Source: Leucoraja ocellata (taxonomy: Eukaryota). Taken from it: DNA of 64,000 nt. Where the stretch lies: NCBI GenBank assembly GCA_036785375.1, contig JAWMAR010001303.1:62001-126000 (forward strand). The letters run 5' to 3'. This document shows positions 26,075 through 36,770 of this stretch, in pieces (positions within the stretch are counted from its first letter, which is position 1; each line of letters opens with the position of its first letter). The notes under the pieces were generated by a model. It was given only the letters and a program-made list of their open reading frames with translations, did no database searches and was not told where the DNA came from. Both the position numbers and the translations under genes were made by a program.

Positions 26075-27059
26075 ATGCAGAACAAGCATAAGATATTAAG
26101 ACATCCTGTCTGATATATTTCAATGCCTATTTAATCCACCTATTTATGTTTTTCAAGTTCACTACGTGTACAACATTATTTTTAATTTTGTTTAGTGCAC
26201 TTACACATGTTTTACTTTCAAGCTTCTTATTAGCATTTTATTTTTTTCTTCTACTTTACATTGCTTTTGGCAATATTCATTTTATTTCCTGTAGTTCTCA
26301 GAACAATGATGAGAACAGAATAATCTGGATGTTATTTCTAGCAGGTTTCATGAATGTCCTTTTTATTTTCTTTCTCTCCATTTCCGTTACATTCATACAC
26401 ATGCATTACTCCCAGCTCTCTCCATGACCAATCCATGTATTTCAGTCTCAAACTGGCCCAATCGGGGCTGACAAACTCACACAACTGCCCTCAAGAACTA
26501 AATCGCATTGAAATATTTCTTGTCACAAGATAATAGTTATACTTCTTATTTTTTTCTCTAAATAATTGAAGTTGCTAGGCTACAAATGATTAGCAAATTT
26601 GTTTTTGTACTCAAGGATGGAGTCTGCTTTGCCTAAAGGTATAATTTCTCTGTTAATTTTAGAATCAACCAACCTGATTAAAGTCTGGCTCTCTTATAAC
26701 AAAATAATAGGAGCAATGCAGTGGCAATGCCTGCATTATAAAATTTCAATCATTTTTTTTTTTTAATGTTACATCAAATTATCTGTAAATTATTTAGATT
26801 AAATGCAGCAGAATTCAAAACACAAACTAACTTATTAAAGCTGAACATTTTGTATTTTTATTTAATTACCATAGAGATGCAAAGCAACATGAAAAATCAA
26901 TATTGCTCCTCAAGTCTATTACTCCATGCAATAGGATCATTGCTAATCGACGTTCAACTTTACATACCCACAATATCACCATTTTGCTTTATCCCCTTGA
27001 TTAACAACACTCAATTAATATAATTTACCCTTCCCTGAATGAAAGAGATTTAAACACTT

Positions 27060-27636
27060 CTAAAAGACATAAAGTGCTAGAGTCAAGCAGCATATCTGGA
27101 GCACATGGATAGGCAACCATTTAATTTAGGACCCTTCTTCAGGCTTGTTGTAGTAGGAGGGAGAAAGCCGGAAGAGAGATGTGGGCAGGACAGAGCTAGG
27201 CAAGTTAAAAGACAAAAGGCTGCTGAGGTCAAGTAATAAGGAGAGAAAAGATGTGAAATGTAAACAACTTTTCCTCTACTGCTGTTTGCCTCAAAGGCTT
27301 AGTTTTTGGCTCTCCCTGGTATCCTGCTTAAATCTGAATCTGAATCTGAATCTGAAATAATGCCGCAACATTAGCTATCTTCCAACCTTCTGGTACTTCA
27401 CCTGTGGATACAGAAGATGTGAAGAAACAAAAATCTCCAGCAATTATAACTCCTACCTCAACTGCATCCAAGGATCTTAGCCATCCTTCCAATTGAGACA
27501 GAGGTTCACGTGCACCTCCTCTAACTTAATTTACTGCATTCCATGTTCCATATGGCTTGCTATAGACTCGGTGACTTTTTTGCCCAACCACTTTTGTTTG
27601 GTCGGCCAAGACCTGTGAGATCTCGTGGTTGTTAAC
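27060..27636 (+). mobile_element. Penelope-derived element, 5' part (resumes at 31969-32240)
   Basis: Inverted pLTR piece at 27060-27200; FQLRQRFTCTSSNLIYCI GIY-YIG N-terminal motif at ~27487-27545. Confidence 0.7.
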
Positions 27637-28040
27637 CATTGTAACTCCTCTTCCCATTCTTCTCCATTCTTCACCACCAGGTGGCGCTTCGATGGCAACG
27701 TCGCCTACAGTCTGTCTGTCCTTTTCGTCATTTTTGTTATTTTTAGTGTGTTTAAAAAGTATGTGGTAATGTTCTCTGGTTTGTTTTATGTGGGGTTGGG
27801 TGGGGGGATCGGGGGGATTTTTAAAAAAATCGTTTACCTTGCCGGTGATGCGATTGTTTTCCATATCGTATCTCCGGTCGCTCTGCAGCCTAACATTGTG
27901 GGGCTGGAGACTTTGCTTGGGACTGTCTTTGAGCCCCACCGTGGGGTGTGGACTTAACATTAGAGCCAATTCCTTGCCTGGGATCAATGCTCCAACCGCG
28001 GCCAGCGGACTTAAACATCAAGTGCTTGCAGTCTCGGGTT
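27637..28040 (+). mobile_element. 5' half of a Rex1-tailed non-autonomous element
   Basis: Reverse-complement match to 40750-41143. Confidence 0.8.
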
Positions 28041-28412
28041 GATTATTAACCAGCTTTCGATGTAGTTGACAATATAGCAGCTATGCATCAGCGGTACAAA
28101 TTGGGCTTTGCATTTCCTGAAGTTGAAACGAGCAAATAATTAACCTCTCTAGTATCATATAGGTCATCAAATAAACCTATGCTATTCTCAGTTGAAGGTA
28201 CCAAAATCACGATGGTGGCAGTATTCAGAATTGCTCCAGTATTTTTGGTCGGGTATACTTAGTATTACAATTGATACTAGTGCTAAACATGAGAAGTATG
28301 GTATGCCATCTCCAGTTCCGGAGGCGGATGCGGGTTGCATAAGCATCAATTTTCAGTAATTGGTACCAACTGCATTTAACTCAGTGCATTCTACACATTC
28401 AAGGTTATTGTA

Positions 28413-30133
28413 AGAATAGAAACACAGAAATTAGGTGCAGGAGTAGGCCATTCGGCCCTTCAAGCCTGCACCGCCATTCAATATGATCATGGCTGATCAT
28501 CCAACTCAGTATCCTGTTCCTGCCTTCTTTCCATACCCCCTGATCCCTTTAGCCACAAGGGCCATGTCTAACTCCCTCTTAAATATAGCCAAGGAATTGG
28601 CCTCAACTGCCTTTTGTGGCAGAGAATTCCAGAGATTTATCACTCTCCGTGTTAAATTTTTTTTCTCATCTCCGTCCTAAAAGATTTCCCCCTTATCCTT
28701 AAACTGTGACCCCTTGTTCTGGACTTCCACAACATCGGGAACAATCTTCCTGCATCTAGCCTGTCCAATCCGTTAAGAAATGTGTATGTTTCTATAAGAT
28801 CCTCCTCAGTTCTCTAAATTCCAGTGAGTACAAGCCGAGTCTATCCAGTCTTTTTTCATATGAAAGTCCTGACATCCCAGGAATCAGTCTGGTGAACCTT
28901 CTCTGTACTCCCTCTATGGCAAGAATGTCTTTCCTCAGATTCGGAGACCAAAACTGTACGCAATACTCCAGGTGTGGTCTTACCAAAACCCTGTATAACT
29001 GCAGTAGAACCTCCCTGCTCTTATACTCAAATCCTTTTGCTATGAATGGTAACATACCATTCGCCTTCTTCACTGCCTGCTGCACCTGCATGCCTACTTT
29101 TAATGACTGGTGTACCATGACACCCAGATCTCGTTGCATCTCCCCCTTTCCTAATCGGCCACCATTCAGATAATATTCTACTTTCCTCGGAAAATTATAT
29201 AAGATTCGTCAGACATGATTTACCTTTCATAATACATGCTGACTTTGTCCTATGAATTCACCACTTTCGAAATGTGCTGCTATCCCATCTTTAATAACTG
29301 ACTCAAGTAGTTTCCCCACTACCGATGTTAGACTAACTGGTCTGTAATTCCCCGTTTTCTCTCTCCCTCCCTTTTTAAAAAGTTTGGTTACATTAGCTAC
29401 CCTCCAATCCTCAGGAACTACTCCATAATCAAAAGAGTTTTTAAAAATTATCACTAATGCATCCACTATTTCTGCGGTTACTTCCTTAGGTACTCTGCGA
29501 TGCAGCCTATCCGGCCATGGGGATTTATCGGCCTTTAATCCATTCAATATACCTAACACCACTTCCTGGCTAACCTGGAATTCACTCAGTTCCTCCATCT
29601 CATTTGACCCCCGGTCCCTTGCAATTTCCAGCAGATTATTTATTTCTTCCTTAGTGAAGACAGAACCAAAGTAGTTTTTCAATTGGTCTGCCATGTCTTT
29701 GTTCCCCATGATCAATTCACCTGTTTCTCACTGCAAGGGACCTACATTTGTTTAAACTAATAATTTTCTCTTCACATATCTATAAAAATTTTTGCAGTCA
29801 GTTTTTATGTTCCCTGCCAATTTTCATTCATAATCTATTTTCCCTTTCCTAATTAAGCCCTTTGTCCTCCTCCGCTGGACTGAATTTCTCCCAGTCCTCT
29901 GGTAGGCTGCTTTTTCTGGCTAATTTGTATGCTTCATCTTTTGTTTTGATACTATCCCTGATTTCCCTTGTTATCCACGGATCCACTACCTTCCCTGATT
30001 TATTCTTTTGCCAAACTGGGATGAACAATTGTTATAGTTCATCCATGCAGTCTTTAAATGCCTTCCATTGCATATCCACCGTCAACCCTTTAAGAATCAA
30101 TTGCCAGCCTATCTTGGCCAATTCACGTCTCAT
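28413..30133 (-). mobile_element. 5'-truncated, internally deleted CR1 inserted in the DIRS element
   Basis: ORFs 28792-29139 and 29227-29715 (VPEDWRVANV..FKKG..GNYRPVSLTS); tail at 28413. Confidence 0.95.
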
Positions 30134-31651
30134 ATGTCTCAATGTGCACAATCTGTATGCTCAACTCCAAGTTGATACACTATGGGGGTGGCATATGGTA
30201 GTCACATGGGTGCCATGAAGTTTAAATATCCTGTGATATTTACCTAATCTTATTTTGAAACTACTATCCCATGTGAAATATATGAAACACAGGATGGATG
30301 TTGGACTACAAAGTATTTAATGTCATTTTGGCTCGATGGAACATCGAATATCGATATATTTGTGGGGTTTGCAATTTATCCAGCAAGACACCACTTCAGG
30401 CCTCAATCTGCCTGACTGACATATGCAGCCATGGTTCCCGCTAATATAGGGGATTATACAGAACCTATAGGTTATTCAAAGCATAAAACTTGCTGGTACA
30501 GCCTGAGACCCGGGAGACCAGCGGCTGCATGATACATCAAGTCATTGACTTGAAAACTCCAACATGATTTCCTGCGCTGTGGGTTGTCAGACAATCCGTG
30601 GTGTGCTCACTGCAGAATGCAGGATAGCACCAAAAAAGAGGTAGGACATCTCCACTTCAGTAGATGGGGAACGGTTTTAGCTGAATACACGTTACATGCT
30701 ATACAGCATGAATAACTGATGTCCTAGAGTTCATTTCATATGTGTTTTTGACAATACTCAGTTACAGTGCCATTAAACGGTGCTAACATGCTTATCATCA
30801 TATTTGCTGCAGCAAGTGGAACCCACCCTGTCGGCCTCACCCTCTGATATCCAGAATTATATAGGATATCTTAAACACAAGTTTGCTCAGGTCCAGGAAC
30901 ATGGGAGTATGGGACATGACGTAATGTTAACATTACTTCAGCAGGGGGCTCCAGCTACATCCTTATCTGAAGCCGGCTCTCAAAATGTAATAATCCTCAT
31001 GGCACTGGCCTCAGTGCAACGGGTCCAGTCATGACATATATTATGACTGGACAGGGTGGTTACATATGTTAATAACATAATATATTATGTTTGATTTAAT
31101 AAACCAGAGCTAACCAGGCGTGAGGTACATACAGTTTCATGGCTTACCCGATGGACCTTCCGGGAATGTGTGGTCTATAATATATATATAAATTTCATAA
31201 CAAGTTTAATTCTACCATCTTCAGGTGGTAAAACGGGAGTTTGGTGAATGCAGGAGTCAATACTAATATTTTAACACGCACTCCTCCGGGGCTGCTACCA
31301 CATCAGCTCATAGGATTATATACGCTACTTTGGACCACATCCTAGCAGCAGCAGGATGGTCAAACAAACATACTTTATTAATTTTTAATACAACCCGTTG
31401 CCAAATCGGGGGTATTTGCCAACTTCATTTTTTGACTTTGTTAATAGTTTCCTCTGGATGAAAGGGGTCGCTATTATTTTCATTGGATGATTAAGCATCA
31501 GCATAACAAACCAAGTCATGTCTGAATGCATTAATCTTTTTTCACTCATCCATGGTCACTTGAAGCAGTGTGTTACGCATGGATTCAGTTCTGGCGTGAA
31601 ATCACAGAGCTTTGAAATCTTCACGTAGTCACTCACGTGACTCCGAAATAA

Positions 31652-31955
31652 AATAGTAAGATTAAATGAGAACTTACCAGTTTGAAGTTTGATCTTGATT
31701 TTATGAGGAGTTACGATGAGCGATTACATGCCCACCGCTTCCACCCTCATATTATCAAGGTCATATGGTAATTCCAGTTCTCAAAATCTTACTATGTTCA
31801 TGGTCAACTACTTGTTTCTGTGATTCCACACCGCTGCATTGAAGTATGACGCGCCAAGTGGGTTGACGGCCTTCTTCACGTAATCGCTCATCGTAACTCC
31901 TCATAAAATCAAGATCAAACTTCAAACTGGTAAGTTTTCATTTAATCTTACTATT
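31652..31955. repeat. 79-bp inverted repeat (DIRS ICR/right terminal repeat)
   Basis: 31652-31730 vs 31877-31955, two mismatches. Confidence 0.92.
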
Positions 31956-31968
31956 ATCATTATGATTA

Positions 31969-32240
31969 CCATAGTGAGGCCACAATCATACTGGAGGGAC
32001 AACACCTCATATTCTGCATTCTCTCATTTTAGGTAATTACAAACCCCTCCTCCTCTTACTTCTTCCCTCATAACCCCCACCCCACCATCACCTCCTCTTC
32101 CCTGTACCACACCTAGACTCACACCTATTTCTCCCCTCTCCTTCCACCTACATTCCTTGCTCTGGTTTCACAATTCACAGCTGTTCAATCCATTTATCTC
32201 ACACCTTCTGTATTTTCATCCCCAGTCTCTGTCCATCTAC
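31969..32240 (+). mobile_element. Penelope-derived element, 3' part
   Basis: agtgaggccaca..ctggagggacaacacctcatattc (LEGQHLIF), then a pyrimidine-rich tail. Confidence 0.65.
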
Positions 32241-32661
32241 CAATCAAAAATTACACAAAACAGAAAACATAACTACTGTACCTAATCACTGTGGGTTCGA
32301 TCCTCGTATATGCCTGATCAAACACTGGGCCTCGCTCAAACAGAGACACTCCAGAAGGTTACGCAGTCCTAAGCGCTCTCCCAGAAGATCGACACAGGAC
32401 CTCATGGTAGTAGACTTTTATAGGTCCCCGGACCTCGAGGGGTCAAACTGTAAATCAGTGCATGCTCCTTTAACATAGTGACCTCACCACTACTAACCAC
32501 TCCCCATTATCTTCAGTATAATTGTAGCCTCCCCACCGCTATCTCTCTCTCTCTCTAGCTCCAGTGACAGACCACGGACAGCTAGGGCACAGTGTGTGTA
32601 TTATAACAATGTTTAAAATAAACTAGTAGTGAAGACATCATGTGTTTGACAAGTCTTTACA

Positions 32662-32703
32662 TGGTGTCAGAAGTGAGATACGAACCCACGCCTCCAATCG
32701 GAG
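32662..32703 (+). promoter_or_regulatory. Extended primer-binding site: complement of the 3' 42 nt of tRNA-Leu including CCA
   Basis: tggtgtcagaagtgagatacgaacccacgcctccaatcggag vs the reverse complement of vertebrate tRNA-Leu (TGGTGTCAGAAGTGGGATTCGAACCCACGCCTCC..GGAG, recalled). Confidence 0.88.
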
Positions 32704-32720
32704 CATGCACTGATCTACAT

Positions 32721-32910
32721 CCTGACCGCCGCTCTTCCTTGCCGGTTGGTGCTGCGCCCTACTTCCTAAACTGGGATGAACTTGTGCTGCACGACGGCGT
32801 GGTGGTGAAGGGACACAAGGTTGTGGTGCCTGCTGCGTTGTGGGACCACTATTTCCAAACTTCCCACAGCGGCCATCCCGGGGCCGAGGCTACTCTGTCC
32901 CAGGCCCAGC
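32721..32910 (+). pseudogene. Gypsy integrase N-terminal region (partial Zn-binding domain), displaced upstream of RT
   Basis: PDRRSSLP..PYF..DEL..DGVV.KG..VVVP.AL..H.GHPG in ORF 32640-32984. Confidence 0.85.
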
Positions 32911-33790
32911 CACTGTCTTCTCTGTCCTCGATGCCAAGAGCTCTTTCTGGCAGATTCCGCTGGATGAACGTTCCTCCTTCCTGACCACCTTCAGCACACC
33001 TTTCGGCAGATTCCATTTCCTCCGCATGCCTTTCGGGAGCAATTCTGCCACCAAGGTTTTCCAGCGCACCATGGAGCAGCTGTTTGCAGGTCTGCCGTGT
33101 GCCATCATAGTCGATGACATCCTGGTGTACGTGAGGGACGTCGCCGAGCACGACGTCCACCTTCGCCAAGTCCTGGATAGGGCTCAGGCGGTTAACCTCA
33201 AACTCAACCCCAAGAAGTGCCGTTTCCACGTCCCGGAAGCCACATACGTGGGCCATGTCTTCACGGCTGAGGGTCTGAAGCCAGACCCACAGAAGACAGC
33301 TGCGGTCTCGGGGATGCCCGCTCCGACCGACGTGCCCAGCCTGCAGCACTTTCTGGGCATGGTGAACTACCTGGGGAAATTCATTCCCGACCTCAGTGAG
33401 CTGAGTGCACCCCTGAGGGAACTGTCCAAGAAGGACACTGCCTGGGTTTGGTTTCCGCACCATCAGACGGCTTTCGAAGCCCTGAATTCCCAGCTGGTTC
33501 GCGCCTCTACTCTCAAGTTCTTCGACTTGAAGCGCCCTATCGTCCTCACCTGCGATGCCTCGAAGTTCGGTCTCGGTGCCGCCTGCCTGCAGCTCTACGA
33601 CGGCCTGCAACTGCCTGTCTCCTACGCTTCCCGCACCATGACCCCTGCTGAGCAGCGTTACGCTCAGATTGAGAAGGAGCTCCTTGCCGTGGTGTTTGCC
33701 TGCTCGAAGTTCAAGGATTACATTCTGGGCAACACCTTCACTATTGAGACCGACCACCAGCCACTGGTCACGATCCTAAATAAACCTCCA
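32909..33790 (+). pseudogene. Gypsy reverse transcriptase-RNase H fragment (open frame)
   Basis: FSVLDAKSSFWQIPL, RMPFG, IIVDDIL, CDASKFGLGA, YAQIEKELLAVVFAC, ETDHQPL. Confidence 0.96.
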
Positions 33791-34475
33791 CAATATTTCC
33801 CGTGACCCTGCCCTGGGCTCGCCTGCACAGTGGCTCATGTCCCGCACCACACGCCCTCTGATCCCTGTCTCCCAGTGATCCCTAAAGCCCATGGTCCTCA
33901 GCCCTGCTGCTGTCCAAGAGCGCATTGCCCAGAAACAGGCTATCCAGAAGCGCTCCCATGACAGGTCCTGCCGTCCCCTTCCATGTATTTTCCCGAACCA
34001 GGTGGTCCGGATGCAGTCCCCCTCTGGACACTACAGGCTGGCTGTTGTCGTCGGCTCTGCGGGCTCTCCGCGGTCGTACCTAGTTGACTACGAGGGTACC
34101 ATATACCGCCGGTCCCGCCAGCATTTGCTGCTGGTCGACGAGCCCGCTCCGCGTCCTGCTGTCCCTTTTGCCCCTCCGGTTGCTTCCTCTCTGCCCACCA
34201 CTCCTCGCCTGCCCCGGACTCTGCCTTCTCAGCTCTTTGTGCCCGTTCTCCCACTGCCACTCCTGGTCCCCCCACGCCTCCCTCGCCCATTCGCATGCCT
34301 GCGGCGGTGCCCGTTTCTCCTCCCCGGTCTCCTTGTCCTTCCTTCTCCTGCACGTTCCCCTGTCACCGCTCCTGCTCTTGTCCCTGCCATTCCTTTGGAG
34401 GAGGGGGAGGGCGGCCTGCGTACCCACTCTGGGCGGTTGGTCAAGCCGCCTGTACGTTACGGGGAGTTTGCTTGA
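33785..34475 (+). pseudogene. Gypsy integrase C-terminal region
   Basis: LHNISRDPALGSPAQWLMSRTTR, then QKRSHDRS..PRSYLV..YRRSRQHL and terminal THSGRLVKPPVRY. Confidence 0.85.
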
Positions 34476-35270
34476 ATGTTTAACTGTTTCCTGCCGATGT
34501 ACGCGCGGGTTTGTTTCTAGCGTATGAATCGTGGTCGCGCTGTCACTATTGTCATGCTTTGTTTTCCAAGGGGAAGGATGTAGATCAGTGCATGCTCCTT
34601 TAACATAGTGACCTCACCACTGCTAACCACTCCCCATTATCTTCAGTATAATTGTAGCCTCCCCACCTCTATCTCTCTCTCTAGCTCCAGTGACAGACCA
34701 CGGACAGCTAGGGCACAGTGTGTGTATTATAGCAATGTTTGAAATAAACTAGTAGTGAAGACATCATGTGTTTGACAAGTCTTTACACAAACCACATGGG
34801 GCGGTCTCTTTACAGTCCAATAACAAATATTGATTAACCCCATTAATGACAGACATTTCCCTGACCCAATAATAAAGTGGCTAATACATTGTATTCAAAC
34901 AGTTTTTCTGAGAGAAACGAACATCGCAAAATGTGCCCTGATATTCATGAAAACCAGACAAGGCTCAATACTTAATCAAATCAACATCCAGGAAAGGAAA
35001 GCTTTGCAACATTATTTACAATATGTATGTTTGGTTTGCATTCATCCAATCCATTCTATGCATTTTGCACCTAATTGTCAGGGTCTGCAGATAATCCTAT
35101 TCTTTTCCAGCAGCTCAGATCTAGGCTCTAGACAAACTGGCACCATTCAGCAGCTTGTCCCATTTCTACAGTAAGCACTTTTAAATTAACCAAATGGCCT
35201 AGCAGCCCAGAAGCCTTTACTCAATTTTAGGGTCCTAGCCTCTTTAATTTGGGTCAGGATTATCATTACA

Positions 35271-35785
35271 TCCCAACCTCTATGCACAATACCCTGACTG
35301 ATGAAATTCAATCTACCAATGACTTTTTCACCATCCCATCTACCTGTGACGCCACTTGCTGCATCTCTCTGCTTTACAATACATCCAGGGCCCCACCATT
35401 CACTGTGATTGTACTGTCCAGGTTTGACGTCCCAAAGTGCAACACCTCACACGGATCACATGTTAAACTCCATTAACCATTCCTCAATCAACTTGCCCAA
35501 GATGCAGCTGGAATTTGTTGATAACCATCTTTGCTCTCTATCATACCACTCATTGTAGCGTCATCTGCAAACTTACGAATAATACCATACATCTTCGTCC
35601 AAATTGTTTATATAAACCACAAACAGCTTTGGGGCTAGCACCAATCGCTGGGGCACACCACCAGTTACAGGCCTCCATTCCAAAAATACAACATTTCACC
35701 ATCACTCTTAGATACTTTCCAAGAAGCCAATTCTCTATCCAGTCAGCTAGTTCTCACTGGACCACATGCAATCCTACCTTCAACA
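35271..35785 (-). mobile_element. Degraded CR1 RT fragment
   Basis: Reverse complement encodes KFADDA, CEVLHFG, GVPQ remnants. Confidence 0.7.
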
Positions 35786-36095
35786 GTACAGAGTCCAGAA
35801 TTCATGAAAAAATTATGCACTTGGTATGTGTCATTGAATGAAGCTCCTTTCTTTTAGATCCATAACTCACAATTAATGACAGATCCATGCTACATAGAGG
35901 CCGTGTATTATTTTCAGAAACGGGATGCTATAGACGGCATTCCAAGCCAATGCTTCTTTCATTGTACATAAGATCTAAAAATACACAGCAAAGAAGAAAC
36001 ATTCCAGAATGTTTGGCTTGATCCTTTTCTGAATCGGGAAAACATTTCACAGAATTTTAGCCAAACCTTTTTATCATGCACTGTAATGCTACCTT

Positions 36096-36606
36096 TATAT
36101 GCCTGTCCCACGAGCATGCGACTGCATACGGCAAGCGCGACCAAACTGGAAGCGGGGGTCGCGCAGAGGTCGCGCAGAGGTCGAGTGATCCCCATACAAG
36201 GCCGGTCCCACAAGCATGCGAATGCATGTGGCGTGTGCGACCAAACCAGAAGCGGGGGCTGCGCGGAGGTCGAGTGAGTGACGTGAAGTTCAAGCGAAGT
36301 CCGCGGGAAGTTCGCGTGTGACGTATGGCGTCAAGACGCTGCGGACGCGTCAAGACGCTGTGTATGCCCGTCGAGGCGGTGCGTACGGCCTCAAAGTGGC
36401 TGCGGGCTGGCAGGCAGTTGCCGCGCGGAATATTTCAACACTGCCAGTTTTCCGGAGCCCCGCGCGATATCCGGACCAGCTCCGCACAACTCCATACGGC
36501 TCCGGAGATCGAAGTGGAACCAGCCCCGCGAGGCCGTATGGCTCAAGTGACCACGTTACGTCACGCTTGCCGCAAGCAGTTGCATGCTCATGGGACAGGC
36601 CCTTTA
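36096..36606. mobile_element. PIF/Harbinger-type MITE (same family as 59681-60162, opposite orientation)
   Basis: ~45-bp TIRs gcctgtcccacgagcatgcgactgc / gcagttgcatgctcatgggacaggc; CpG-rich interior. Confidence 0.85.
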
Positions 36607-36770
36607 GACTTTAGTGATACAGTACGGAAACAGGACCTTCAGCCCACCGAATCCATGCCGATCAGTGATCACACTGTACACTAACGCTATCCTACACACA
36701 AGGAACAATTTTACAATTTTTGCCAAAGCCAATTAACTTACTAACTTGCACGCCTTTGAATGTGGAAGAA
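36607..36770 (-). mobile_element. HE1-type SINE 3' fragment
   Basis: gatacagtacggaaacagg..aagccaattaactta matches the HE1-type copies in the window. Confidence 0.7.

Larger units (their letters stand above)
28045..31955 (+). mobile_element. Decayed DIRS-type tyrosine-recombinase retrotransposon (RNase H, YR, 3' inverted repeat), interrupted by CR1
   Basis: RNase H remnants (LQVDT..VAY, IDIF, QPWFP), YR motifs ILMALASVQRVQS, AGVNTNI..HSS.AA.TS, LDHILAAAGWS..TF, and a terminal 79-bp inverted repeat. Confidence 0.8.
32449..34787 (+). mobile_element. Ty3/Gypsy LTR retrotransposon (probably Mag-like), internally deleted and rearranged
   Basis: LTRs 32449-32661 and 34579-34787 (TG..CA), TSD CAAAC (32444-32448 and 34788-34792), tRNA-Leu PBS at 32662, PPT aaggggaagga at 34568-34578. 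Confidence 0.97.
32255..35270 (-). mobile_element. Solo LTR (family of 5200-5940) split by the Gypsy insertion
   Basis: 32274-32448 + 34793-35270 aligns continuously to 5291-5940; cctataaaa TATA on the - strand at ~32416-32424. Confidence 0.8.

Noticed and set aside
32662-32703. Possible tRNA-Leu gene
   Set aside because: Only the 3' half is present, it includes CCA and abuts an LTR, so it is a reverse-transcribed primer copy
32849-33757. 302-aa minus-strand ORF
   Set aside because: Antisense shadow of the GC-rich Gypsy RT frame; no motif
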